DNA of 64,000 nt, taken from positions 1-64,000 of IMG/VR virus record IMGVR_UViG_3300032216_000524, one strand, 5' to 3'. This stretch comes from a virus. Its lineage: Duplodnaviria; Caudoviricetes. This document shows positions 47,249 through 56,504 of this stretch, one piece after another (position 1 is the stretch's first letter; each line of letters begins with the position of its first letter). Under the pieces are notes generated by a model, which had not been told where the DNA came from, did not search any database, and saw only the letters and a list, made by a program, of their open reading frames with translations. The translations under genes and the position numbers were made by a program.

Positions 47249-48251
47249 TATAAAATTTAATTACACTCTCGGTTGGTTGATTTTCTTTACTCGCACCAAT
47301 CGTACAACCCAAACAAATTCCATTACAACGAACTTTATAATGTAAACAGTTCAGGCACTCTGATGGAGTTCCATACTCGTTATATTTATCGACATATTGT
47401 CGATTCAATTCTGCTTTAATTTCTTCAACATTTTCATAGTCAAATAATTTCTTTAATTTAGTTTCTTCTTTAGTTGGATAACAACGAATCATTGTTCCGT
47501 CTGGAAACATGTCAGTTGGATACCATCCACAAGTACTAGATTCTGGTTTTACATTTGTAGTAAAACTTCTGGGACTATTCCAAAGACAAGGAGGAACCTG
47601 ACAATCAAAATACACAGTAAAATTATTCAACTCAGCTAGGTGAGTAATTTTATCAATTACCATACCTAACTTTTTATTGTTTATTACATAACTACCTGTA
47701 AGATCAATACCCAATCTAACGCAAGCAACTTTACCCTGTAGTTCTTTTACTAACCACAGCAAATAATTGTAAGTAGTTTCATAATCTTTAGATAGAGTAT
47801 AAGCCAAAAAGAATTTGGCATCTTTTCTTCTATCTATACCATACTTTTCTTTTACCAAGTCGTACAGAGTGTTGTAGTTTTTCTTAAACAACTTCATTCT
47901 GTTATGCTGGTCTAATTCCATCGCATTCGGAAGAAACCAGTTAAAGTGTTGTATATTGTCTACAATGTAATCAAGAGTTTCTTGCCCAAAAAGAAAGTTA
48001 CTAATAAGATCTACTTTAAGATCTCGTTTAATAACTTCATTAATGATACCTTGGAAATTACTATGCTGTGTTGGTTCTCCACCAAGAATTTTAACTTGGC
48101 CATCATACTTGTGGTGGTTTACATGGTCAAGAGCCTTGGAGAAGGTTTCAATGGACATTTCACCGAGAGCATCCTCTTTACGAGCAGACTCATCGGTGAA
48201 ACAGAAGGTACAATTCTTGGCACAACTGCCAGTAATCACATAGTTAATCAT
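47214..48251 (-). CDS. radical SAM enzyme with C-terminal SPASM/twitch domain
   Basis: CAKNCTFC (CxxxCxxC), LGGEPT, C-terminal CGWY..D.FPDG..IRCYP and CLNC.....CNGICLGC. Confidence 0.9.
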   Translation of the reverse strand: MINYVITGSCAKNCTFCFTDESARKEDALGEMSIETFSKALDHVNHHKYDGQVKILGGEPTQHSNFQGIINEVIKRDLKVDLISNFLFGQETLDYIVDNIQHFNWFLPNAMELDQHNRMKLFKKNYNTLYDLVKEKYGIDRRKDAKFFLAYTLSKDYETTYNYLLWLVKELQGKVACVRLGIDLTGSYVINNKKLGMVIDKITHLAELNNFTVYFDCQVPPCLWNSPRSFTTNVKPESSTCGWYPTDMFPDGTMIRCYPTKEETKLKKLFDYENVEEIKAELNRQYVDKYNEYGTPSECLNCLHYKVRCNGICLGCTIGASKENQPTESVIKFYNEKPKNIQHSA

Positions 48252-48266
48252 ATAGAAAAGATTTTA

Positions 48267-48989
48267 TTACAAATCTATTTTTGGTGGTGGTACATCAATA
48301 TCGTGAATATGCTTATAAGGATAAGCAGAGTAACCTAATCTGTTGTTTGCCAAAAGGTGTAACTCATAGAGCGATTCACACTCTTTGATTTCTTTCTGAA
48401 CAGTTTTTTGACGAACCAACAAATCAGCAATGGATGTTTCATATTCTTCGATTTTTGCAAGAACAATATCCGCCATCGCAGAAACAGTAATACCTCTAAC
48501 CTCAGCAAGCTGAGTCAAAATTGGAGCAGAAGCTGAAGAATCAGCTTTAACTGCTAATGCTTCTTGGCGTTGGGCTGGGAACAATTCTTTTTCAGCTTTT
48601 GGAACTCTGCTAGTAATTTGATCAAATTGATAATTGTAGTATGTTTTGATTTCTTTGTTCAATACTATTCTTAGCAAATCCATTGCAGCAGATTTATCAG
48701 ACTCAGTCAATGTATATGGAACTTTTTCAACATCAAGATCCATAGACTCTGCTGGAAACAATTCTTCAAATTGTCCAACACGCTTAACATTAATTGTATC
48801 TTTATAAGCCCAAGCAAATTTACAACCATCAGCCAACTCTTTTGTAATAACAGTTGCGTCTAATGTATCAAAATCTACATATGGTCTTGCTTCTTCAGCA
48901 ATGAATGAAACAGTGTATGATAAGCAGGTTCCTCTTCTTAGTTCCCCTAGTACTGGAACATTTGGAATTGGTTTATACAGGATATACAT
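48267..48989 (-). CDS. hypothetical protein with a tail-fibre-assembly/chaperone-like C-terminal segment
   Basis: EKELFPAQRQEA......A.APIL.QLAE.RGITV..MA..VLAK resembles motifs in fibre-assembly proteins; N-terminal part unrecognised. Confidence 0.6.
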   Translation of the reverse strand: MYILYKPIPNVPVLGELRRGTCLSYTVSFIAEEARPYVDFDTLDATVITKELADGCKFAWAYKDTINVKRVGQFEELFPAESMDLDVEKVPYTLTESDKSAAMDLLRIVLNKEIKTYYNYQFDQITSRVPKAEKELFPAQRQEALAVKADSSASAPILTQLAEVRGITVSAMADIVLAKIEEYETSIADLLVRQKTVQKEIKECESLYELHLLANNRLGYSAYPYKHIHDIDVPPPKIDL

Positions 48990-49748
48990 TTATAGAATCT
49001 CCAATGGCATTTCTAATTTTCTTGCATCTTGCAGGGTAGATGCATCTAACCCTAATTGTTTCTGAACTTCTTTTCGAATTACTTGCTGTTGATTTTCCAG
49101 TTTTAAAGAGAAGTCGTTTGCAATGGCAAACACATGCGACTGAGTATCAACATCAAGGTTGCAAATGGCTTCCATATTACCAGAACCAATACGACCCATG
49201 GACAACATATCCATAGACGCTTGTTTAGCCAAACGCAAAGTCCAATACTGTTTGTGGTACAATTCTTCTTCAGGAGTACCAAACACAGCAGTCAGTGGGC
49301 GACCATCTTGAGTTTTACCTTCAGGACTTTCCAACAAAGTTTCAACCATTTTTAGCAGATAATCTCGCTCTTTGTAAGCATCTTTCAACATAACTTCTGT
49401 CTTCAAAAGATCTATTTGTTTCTTTTGAATCTCATGTTCAATCAGTGCTTTTTGCGCTGGAGAAAATGTTTGTTCCAAATTCTCTTGCTCAATTGCAATT
49501 TCTAATTCAACTTTTTTCTTACTGTATAAAGTAAAAGAAATAACTTCCTCTCTTGAGGATATCTCCAATAACCATTGGCGCAATTTGCCAAATGGTGTAA
49601 TTTCTTGATTGCCAACAAAATGTTCCAATTTAAAGAAAGGTGTTTCCCAGTTTTTGTTCAAGGAAAATGCAACCAAATCTTGTGAGGAAGCAGGTAAATA
49701 ACTCACATCAGTTAGTGTAGGTCTTTTCAGTTCAACGAGTGCGTTCAT
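48990..49748 (-). CDS. hypothetical coiled-coil-rich protein, 252 aa
   Basis: GGAG RBS; first gene after the late motif at 49787; helical, no recognised family. Confidence 0.75.
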   Translation of the reverse strand: MNALVELKRPTLTDVSYLPASSQDLVAFSLNKNWETPFFKLEHFVGNQEITPFGKLRQWLLEISSREEVISFTLYSKKKVELEIAIEQENLEQTFSPAQKALIEHEIQKKQIDLLKTEVMLKDAYKERDYLLKMVETLLESPEGKTQDGRPLTAVFGTPEEELYHKQYWTLRLAKQASMDMLSMGRIGSGNMEAICNLDVDTQSHVFAIANDFSLKLENQQQVIRKEVQKQLGLDASTLQDARKLEMPLEIL

Positions 49749-49786
49749 TGTTTCTCCATAGTTTTAATAAAAGATAATAACATATC

Positions 49787-49793
49787 TATTTAG
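49787..49793 (-). promoter_or_regulatory. late promoter motif CTAAATA heading the rSAM/U32-MTase block
   Basis: Overlaps the TAA stop of 49790..51832, about 40 bp upstream of the next start. Confidence 0.5.
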
Positions 49794-51832
49794 TCTCTCC
49801 ATCCAGTGGTTCCAGAGGAAGCGCCAGAAACTCCTTTTCTTTGAGTTCCTGTATTTGCTACACTAGAAATATCTACAGCATAAATCAATCTCATAGAATC
49901 GACAAGCTGCCCACCACCAGTGGAATTATACATTCCAACATACCATCCACGATCTTGACCCATTATATAGTTTTGCTCTGCGCTATTAACTGGTTTACTA
50001 ATAGTATATTGAGCATCAGTAGACCAAATAGTTTTTGTCCAACCAGTGCTTCCTGGTGTTCCACTTGCAGTACCACCATACATTCTATCCAGTTTACTAG
50101 ATAAAACTTTATCTTGTGGAGATCCACACATTGGTGATGAAGCAGTCCAAGAAGCCACAGTATCTGTAGAGTATACAAATTTTTGGGTTATAACTGTAAC
50201 ACCATCCCATGCAGAAGAACTTGCACCAGACATTGCTGCATATAATTCAGTTGATCCAGTAATAGCGTTAGAGTACTGAGATGTATTTGCTAAAGTAGCT
50301 GATATGTTTGCCCATGTATCTGTTGCAATTGGCATTTTTTGAATTTTATCAGCATTGGTCCCAGTAGTTCCACCACCACAATAAATTGAAGTTTGATTTC
50401 CATCATTACCAGCCCAAACTGCCATAGCACCACCAGAATATGCATGGTCATTAGAGTTTGATGCAGTTTCTGTTCTCATGTTTAACTTTTGAGTTTTAGT
50501 ACCGACGATATTCGCCCCACCACCACTAGTACAACCAGTAGTATACTGATGATCTGGTCCACAAGCACCACTATGGTAGTTATGTGAAGATGGTAGTACA
50601 TCTCCAAGATCAACAGTAATTTCGCTGGCCATTATTAATCTATTAACATTCTTCCAAGGAGTGCCAGATTTATAACCACCAATACTGTAACCAGTAGTCA
50701 AAATCTGACGATAGAAATAAGGAGTTGTAACAGTTAAACTATATTGATTCTCAGAAGAAGAATTACCTAAACTATCTTTAGCAGTAATACCAAAGTTAAA
50801 AGTCTGCGAAGCTGCTTGCCTTGCACCAATATTAAATGATCCAGAAAGAACACCAGAAGATGAATTTAATGTAACACCTTTTGGTAGTGAACCAGAGGTA
50901 ACAACATAACTTAAAGTTACACTGGATGGATTGCTTGCAGAAATCGTAGCAATGTTTGTATAATTTGAGTTAGTGTTTAATGTAGTAGAGCCAGTTGTAA
51001 TTGGAACAATATAATCTAGTGTACCCAACGAACCAGCACTAGGTGATGTAATTGCTGGAGAAGTTGCGTTAGTAACAGTCAGCGTAAAATCTTTAGAAGC
51101 AGTTCTGCTAGAGTTATCTGTTGCTTTGATTGTTAGATTATATACTGCAGTGCTGGTGCCAGTCAGTGTTATTGATCCAGTAATAGCGCCAGTTGAAGAG
51201 TTAATTGATAAACCAGAAGGTAAACCATATCCAGAACCACCACCACCAGAAACAGCGTTTGAACTATATGTTATAGTACCACCTGGAGAAGCTGCAGCAA
51301 CAGAGGTTGAAATAGTTCCTTCAGTTACTGTACCAAGACTCGTGGCTGTAGAAAATACTGGACCACCAACCACTTGAATTGGATATGCAAAAGTAGAAGA
51401 TTGACCATATTCGTTTGTAACAACAATGTTTGAATATGTACCAGTAGTTAAGTTACCAGTGCCAGTTGTAACTGTAAGAACCTCAGGACTAGTAAAAGTA
51501 ACAGTTGCGCTACCGATAGAAGTGCTATCGAATTTTACAGTAGAACCTGTTGTAAAATTAAATCCATTGATCTGAAAAACTGCACTGGAAGATGGATTGA
51601 TTTGTTTGGTTGAACTGGTTTGATCAATGAACCCAGAAACTGGAGTTACACCAGTAACAGTATGATTGATCGGAGAAAGAATATGCCAACCACCAGTAGC
51701 ATAACCTTCATATAAACCACTACCTGTGTTATATCGAATTTGGGCTGCAGTAGGAGATCCAGGTCTAGTTCCACTGTATGGTAACTTGATAAACCCAGTA
51801 TCGTTAATAGTTGTATTTTTTAAAGTTGCCAT
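49790..51832 (-). CDS. adhesin-like virion protein, paralog 3 of 3
   Basis: MATLKNT.I.DTG anchor, IPT/TIG-like and Ig/cadherin-like domains (LP.GL.INSSTG.I.G), YRQILTTGY junction, divergent repeat-rich C-terminus. Confidence 0.8.
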   Translation of the reverse strand: MATLKNTTINDTGFIKLPYSGTRPGSPTAAQIRYNTGSGLYEGYATGGWHILSPINHTVTGVTPVSGFIDQTSSTKQINPSSSAVFQINGFNFTTGSTVKFDSTSIGSATVTFTSPEVLTVTTGTGNLTTGTYSNIVVTNEYGQSSTFAYPIQVVGGPVFSTATSLGTVTEGTISTSVAAASPGGTITYSSNAVSGGGGSGYGLPSGLSINSSTGAITGSITLTGTSTAVYNLTIKATDNSSRTASKDFTLTVTNATSPAITSPSAGSLGTLDYIVPITTGSTTLNTNSNYTNIATISASNPSSVTLSYVVTSGSLPKGVTLNSSSGVLSGSFNIGARQAASQTFNFGITAKDSLGNSSSENQYSLTVTTPYFYRQILTTGYSIGGYKSGTPWKNVNRLIMASEITVDLGDVLPSSHNYHSGACGPDHQYTTGCTSGGGANIVGTKTQKLNMRTETASNSNDHAYSGGAMAVWAGNDGNQTSIYCGGGTTGTNADKIQKMPIATDTWANISATLANTSQYSNAITGSTELYAAMSGASSSAWDGVTVITQKFVYSTDTVASWTASSPMCGSPQDKVLSSKLDRMYGGTASGTPGSTGWTKTIWSTDAQYTISKPVNSAEQNYIMGQDRGWYVGMYNSTGGGQLVDSMRLIYAVDISSVANTGTQRKGVSGASSGTTGWRD

Positions 51833-51836
51833 TTAA

Positions 51837-53858
51837 TTAATCTCTCCAGCCTGTAGTAGCTGATGATGCTCCAGAAGTACCTTTATGGCTCATTCCAGTA
51901 TTTGCTGATGATCCAGTATCTGTTGGGAAATCGAATCTGGTTGAGTTGTTGTTTTGTGCGCCATCGTGAGTACCAATCATCCAACCTCTATATTGACCAT
52001 TAAGATAATTTTCTTCACCACAGATAGCTCCATATCCTTTAGGCATAGTCCACTGAGCAGCAGTAGCCCAGTTAGTTTTTCTAAAAGTATCACCACCAGT
52101 TTGTTCTTGAGAACCATAAGTGCCAGCATTACCACCATATATATTTCCTAACTTAGATGCTAGGAATTTTTGTTGGTCAGAGGAAGAAATAGTTGCACCA
52201 TATGATCCTATTGTATCAGTAGCATAATATAATCTAGTCGTTTGAGCAGTAAGACCAGGACGAGCAGTACTACCTTGTAGGATACCGCTAGTCTCATCAG
52301 AGCCAGCTATAGCACTATAAAAATTACCAGAAGTAACAGTTGCGCTGAGAATAGATTGTACATCAGTAGCATAAGTATATTTTTCAATATTCCCGCTGTT
52401 GGTTCCAGAAAACCCACCAAGAACATATGCAGCTAATTGCCATCCATCATTACCTGATAATACTGCTGCTTGTCCTCTGCTTCCCTGCGATGTTGCAGTA
52501 CCCATAGTATTTACTTCAGTTCTCATATTAAAGATTTGAGTTAATGTACCATAAGAGTCATGGGCTTGGTTTGAGTTACAGCCAAATGTATATAATTTAT
52601 CCTGAGAGCAAGTTCCACCATGATAGTTTACAGCGTAAGTTAATCTATCTCCAAGATCAACAGTCAACTCCATAGTCATGTTTAATCTATTTGCATTTTT
52701 CCATGGTGAACCAGATTTATATCCACCGACTACATATCCAGTAGTTAAAATTTGACGATACAAATAAGGTGTAGCAAGAGTTAGAGAATATTGATTTTCA
52801 GTTGAAGCGTTGTTATTTACATCAACAGCAGTTACACCGAAGTTAAACACCTGTGATGCAGGTTGTTTATTACCGATAGAAAAAGAACCTTTTAATACAC
52901 CACTACTGGAATCTAGTGTAATTCCAGTTGGTAAAGATCCAGAAGTTATTCTATAATAAACAGTAGCACTGGCTGGGTCTGTCGCAGTAAAAGTTGCAAT
53001 AGTTGTAGAAGAAGTACCAGTACCAGAAACTGGAGTTTGATATGTAAACGAACCGACTGATCCAGCTGAAGGAGCTGTGATTGTTGGGTTGCCAGAGTCA
53101 GTTACTATTAATGTAAAATCTTTAGAAGCAGTTCTGCTAGAATTATCTGTTGCTTTGATAGTAAGATTATATGTAGTTGTACCATTAACAATCAAAGAAC
53201 CTGTAATTGATCCAGAAGAACTAATTGATAATCCAGTTGGAATTCCGTAACCAGAGCCACCATTACCTGATACAGCATTAGAAGAATATGTTACTGTTCC
53301 ACCAGGAGAAGTTGCTGCGACTGAAGTGGAAATAGTACCTTCGGTAAATGTTCCGATATTTGTTGCTGTTGAGAATTGTGGACCGCCAACAACAGTAACT
53401 GGATAAGAGAATGATGCAGACTGACCCGATTGTCCATTCTTAACTACAACATTAGAATACGACCCAGCAGTCGGTGCAAAAGAAGTTCCAGTTGTTACGG
53501 TAATTTGTTTTGGACTATTTACAACAACTCCGCTTGTAATTTGAGTTGAGTCTAAAAATACTGTAGCATCAGTGGTAAAGTTAAAACCAGTGATAGTAAA
53601 TACACCAGAGATTCCTGGATTGATTTGTAAACCAGTACCAGTAATATATGTTAAACCAGAAACAAGAGTTACACCAGTAACAGTATGATTGAATGGAGAA
53701 AGAGTGTGCCATCCGCTGGCTGCATAACCTTCGAATACATTTTTCTCGTTATTATATCGTAGTTCGCTAACCTCACCAGCAACTCGTTGAGATGTGTTAC
53801 CAACAGCTACCTTAAGATAACCTGTATCATTAATTACCGTATTTTTTAAAGTTGCCAT
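51837..53858 (-). CDS. adhesin-like virion protein, paralog 2 of 3
   Basis: Same architecture as the two neighbours. Confidence 0.8.
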   Translation of the reverse strand: MATLKNTVINDTGYLKVAVGNTSQRVAGEVSELRYNNEKNVFEGYAASGWHTLSPFNHTVTGVTLVSGLTYITGTGLQINPGISGVFTITGFNFTTDATVFLDSTQITSGVVVNSPKQITVTTGTSFAPTAGSYSNVVVKNGQSGQSASFSYPVTVVGGPQFSTATNIGTFTEGTISTSVAATSPGGTVTYSSNAVSGNGGSGYGIPTGLSISSSGSITGSLIVNGTTTYNLTIKATDNSSRTASKDFTLIVTDSGNPTITAPSAGSVGSFTYQTPVSGTGTSSTTIATFTATDPASATVYYRITSGSLPTGITLDSSSGVLKGSFSIGNKQPASQVFNFGVTAVDVNNNASTENQYSLTLATPYLYRQILTTGYVVGGYKSGSPWKNANRLNMTMELTVDLGDRLTYAVNYHGGTCSQDKLYTFGCNSNQAHDSYGTLTQIFNMRTEVNTMGTATSQGSRGQAAVLSGNDGWQLAAYVLGGFSGTNSGNIEKYTYATDVQSILSATVTSGNFYSAIAGSDETSGILQGSTARPGLTAQTTRLYYATDTIGSYGATISSSDQQKFLASKLGNIYGGNAGTYGSQEQTGGDTFRKTNWATAAQWTMPKGYGAICGEENYLNGQYRGWMIGTHDGAQNNNSTRFDFPTDTGSSANTGMSHKGTSGASSATTGWRD

Positions 53859-53860
53859 TT

Positions 53861-55933
53861 TTAGTCTCTTTGTCCACCAGTACCAGAAGAAGAACCAGAA
53901 GTTCCCTTTCTGAATGTTGCGTCTGCCGACATACTGCCGTAGTCAATTGCGAATATAATTCGATAAGATCTATTGTTTTGAGCACCATCGTAAATACCAA
54001 TCGCCCAACCACGATCCTGACCCGTTACAAAAATTTCCTCACCAGATGCGCCAGTACCAGTAGCATTTGTGGCACCAGTATAACCTCTGGAGATAGTAAA
54101 TTGTTCTTGTGTAGCAAATATGGTTTTTGTCATGTTACCATTATCTGATACAGTTTGATCGCCATCTCCGTAACCAGTTCCAGTCCCAGCATAAACAAAC
54201 CCATATTTTGTACTCAGCGATTTCATTTGGGTACTAGTATTTAGAGCAACTCCATAAGTTGAAACTGCATCAGTAGAAAATGTCATTTTCTTTGTGGCAG
54301 CAGTTGCTGAAACATCACCAAGATTCCACAATCCGTATAATTCATCAGATGCAGTAATTGCTTCGCCAGCAGAACTAATACCAAGAATATTACCTAAGTT
54401 AGACATAGTTTCAGTAGAATATGTATACTTCTCAACTGAATCTCCGTTAGCTCCAGTAAATCCAGAAGCAAGATATCCTGCTAATTGATATCCGTCATTA
54501 CCACCAGTAGCGCCAGATCTTGATCTTGTATAAACAGTAGTTCCGTTCGTAGTACCTAACTCAGTTCTCATATTGAATACCTGAATTACATTGCCTGGGG
54601 TAGCACTCCCACTTGATTGTGAATTATATACATAATGTCTATCTTTGCTGGAAGAACCAGTTTTATAGTTATGAGCGTAAGTTAATTTATCCCCAAGGTC
54701 AACAGTAACTTCAGTCATCATTGCTAATCTATTAACATTCCTCCACGGAGAACTATTTTTATATCCACCAGTAACATAACCAGTAGTTAAAATCTGACGA
54801 TATGGATACGCTGTATTAACAATTAAGCTGTATTGATTCTCCAAAGACGCATTGTTGTTTGCATCAACAGCAGTTACACCAAAGTTATAAGTTCTTGATG
54901 CTGGTTGCATATTTCCATAAACAACAGTACCAGCCAAAACACCAGTAGTTGAATTTAATCTAATGCCATCAGGTAAAGACCCAGAAGACAATCTGTAGTA
55001 AACAGTTGCGCTAGCAGGATCAGTAGCAGTAAAAGTTGTAATTGTTTGCGATGAGGCAAATGCGTTTGCAGCAGTATTTGATGAAGCAGTTGAAGAATAA
55101 GCAGGATCATATCCACTCAAAAGAGTTCCTAACGAACCAGCTGCTGGAGAGGTAATTACTGGAATACCAGAGTCACTAACAGTCAGCGTAAAATCTTTAG
55201 AAGCAGTTCTTGATGAGTTATCTGTTGCTTTAATTGTTAGATTGTAAGTAGTTGTACCATTAACAACTAACGAACCTGTAATTGCACCAGTTGATGAATT
55301 GATCGACAATCCAGTAGGTAAACCATATCCAGAACCACCATTACCTGATACAGCGTTTGAACTATATGTTATAGTACCACCTGGAGATGTTGCAGCAACA
55401 GAAACTGAAATAGTTCCCTCAGTTACTGTACCCAAGTTAGTAGCAGTACTAAATTGTGGTCCACCAGCAACGATTACTGGATATGCATAGGTAACAGATT
55501 GTCCATAACCATTAGTTACTACAATGTTTGAGTATGTACCAGCAGATGGTCCAAAGGAAGTTCCAGTTGTAACTGTTATAGTGGTTGGATTTGTAATAGC
55601 AACACCACTAGAAATAGCAGTGGAATCTAACTTTACAGTTGTTGCTGAATCAAAGTTAAATCCGTTAATTGTGAATACACCAGAGATTCCTGAATTGATT
55701 TGTAAGCCAGTACCAACAAGATATGTAACACCTGAACCTGGAGTTACGCTGGTTACTGATAAGTTCATTGGTGACAATACATGCCAACCAGTTGAAGCAT
55801 AACCCTCAAAAATATTTAATTGAGAATTGTATCGTGTTTCTCCAACACCACCTGCAACTCGTTGTGAACTATCACCAGAAGGTAATTGTAGATACCCTGT
55901 GTCATCAATTTTTGTATTCTTTAAAATAGCCAT
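53861..55933 (-). CDS. adhesin-like virion protein, paralog 1 of 3
   Basis: Same architecture; MAILKNTKIDDTGYLQLPSG N-terminus. Confidence 0.8.
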   Translation of the reverse strand: MAILKNTKIDDTGYLQLPSGDSSQRVAGGVGETRYNSQLNIFEGYASTGWHVLSPMNLSVTSVTPGSGVTYLVGTGLQINSGISGVFTINGFNFDSATTVKLDSTAISSGVAITNPTTITVTTGTSFGPSAGTYSNIVVTNGYGQSVTYAYPVIVAGGPQFSTATNLGTVTEGTISVSVAATSPGGTITYSSNAVSGNGGSGYGLPTGLSINSSTGAITGSLVVNGTTTYNLTIKATDNSSRTASKDFTLTVSDSGIPVITSPAAGSLGTLLSGYDPAYSSTASSNTAANAFASSQTITTFTATDPASATVYYRLSSGSLPDGIRLNSTTGVLAGTVVYGNMQPASRTYNFGVTAVDANNNASLENQYSLIVNTAYPYRQILTTGYVTGGYKNSSPWRNVNRLAMMTEVTVDLGDKLTYAHNYKTGSSSKDRHYVYNSQSSGSATPGNVIQVFNMRTELGTTNGTTVYTRSRSGATGGNDGYQLAGYLASGFTGANGDSVEKYTYSTETMSNLGNILGISSAGEAITASDELYGLWNLGDVSATAATKKMTFSTDAVSTYGVALNTSTQMKSLSTKYGFVYAGTGTGYGDGDQTVSDNGNMTKTIFATQEQFTISRGYTGATNATGTGASGEEIFVTGQDRGWAIGIYDGAQNNRSYRIIFAIDYGSMSADATFRKGTSGSSSGTGGQRD

Positions 55934-56463
55934 TTTCTAATGCCTTTTTTCTTTTCTTCTTTTGGCGGAGAATTACCTTTTAGAATTTCAATTTCTTGCT
56001 TTAATTCTTTAACAGCTTCAATCAGGTAGGCAGTTAATTTTGTATAGTTGATACCCTCTGGATCACCATTGGCGTCTTTTGCAACTACATTCGGTAAGAT
56101 TTTATTTACTTCTTCAGCAATCAAACCAGCTTCATTTTTAGAAGATTTGTCTTTACGATCATATGTAACACCAGTCAGCTGCAACATAGAATCTAGTGCA
56201 CCAGTAATTGGTTGAATGTTTTCTTTTACTTTGTATGTTGAGTTTTCAACAAGAGAAGTTACAGTAATAGTACCAGCTGAAAAGTTTCCAGAGGCATCTC
56301 GTTTTACACCTTTGTTTACTGTATTTGCGGAAGTTAAGTCGGTAATTTCCAACTTACTATCATTTAGATTAATAAAGTTTGCATCGATTTCTACGCTGGA
56401 AAGCGGAGATCCTTTGGCTAAGCCACCAGTAGGATTTGTTATTCTTGTTACGATCGTTGTCAT
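55921..56463 (-). CDS. mini-fibre: fibre anchor plus S74-like chaperone domain
   Basis: KGSPLSSVEIDANFINLN anchor; KENI.PI..AL...LQL.GV.YD.K, GLIAEEV..ILP.VV, INYTKLTAYLIEAVKEL..EI. Confidence 0.8.
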   Translation of the reverse strand: MTTIVTRITNPTGGLAKGSPLSSVEIDANFINLNDSKLEITDLTSANTVNKGVKRDASGNFSAGTITVTSLVENSTYKVKENIQPITGALDSMLQLTGVTYDRKDKSSKNEAGLIAEEVNKILPNVVAKDANGDPEGINYTKLTAYLIEAVKELKQEIEILKGNSPPKEEKKKGIRKWLF

Positions 56464-56482
56464 TATTGTTCCTGTGCTTTCC

Positions 56483-56489
56483 TATTTAT
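56483..56489 (-). promoter_or_regulatory. late promoter motif ATAAATA
   Basis: In the gap upstream of 55921..56463 and the three paralogs. Confidence 0.55.
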
Positions 56490-56504
56490 GCAGTTAGACA
56501 TTCG

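Noticed and set aside
45581-48251. DNA hypermodification or restriction-evasion cluster (e.g. QueE-like rSAM, DNA methyltransferase)
   Set aside because: The rSAM has a SPASM tail unlike QueE, the methyltransferase lacks DPPY/NPPY or PC motifs, and the block lies among late structural genes; kept only as an alternative hypothesis.
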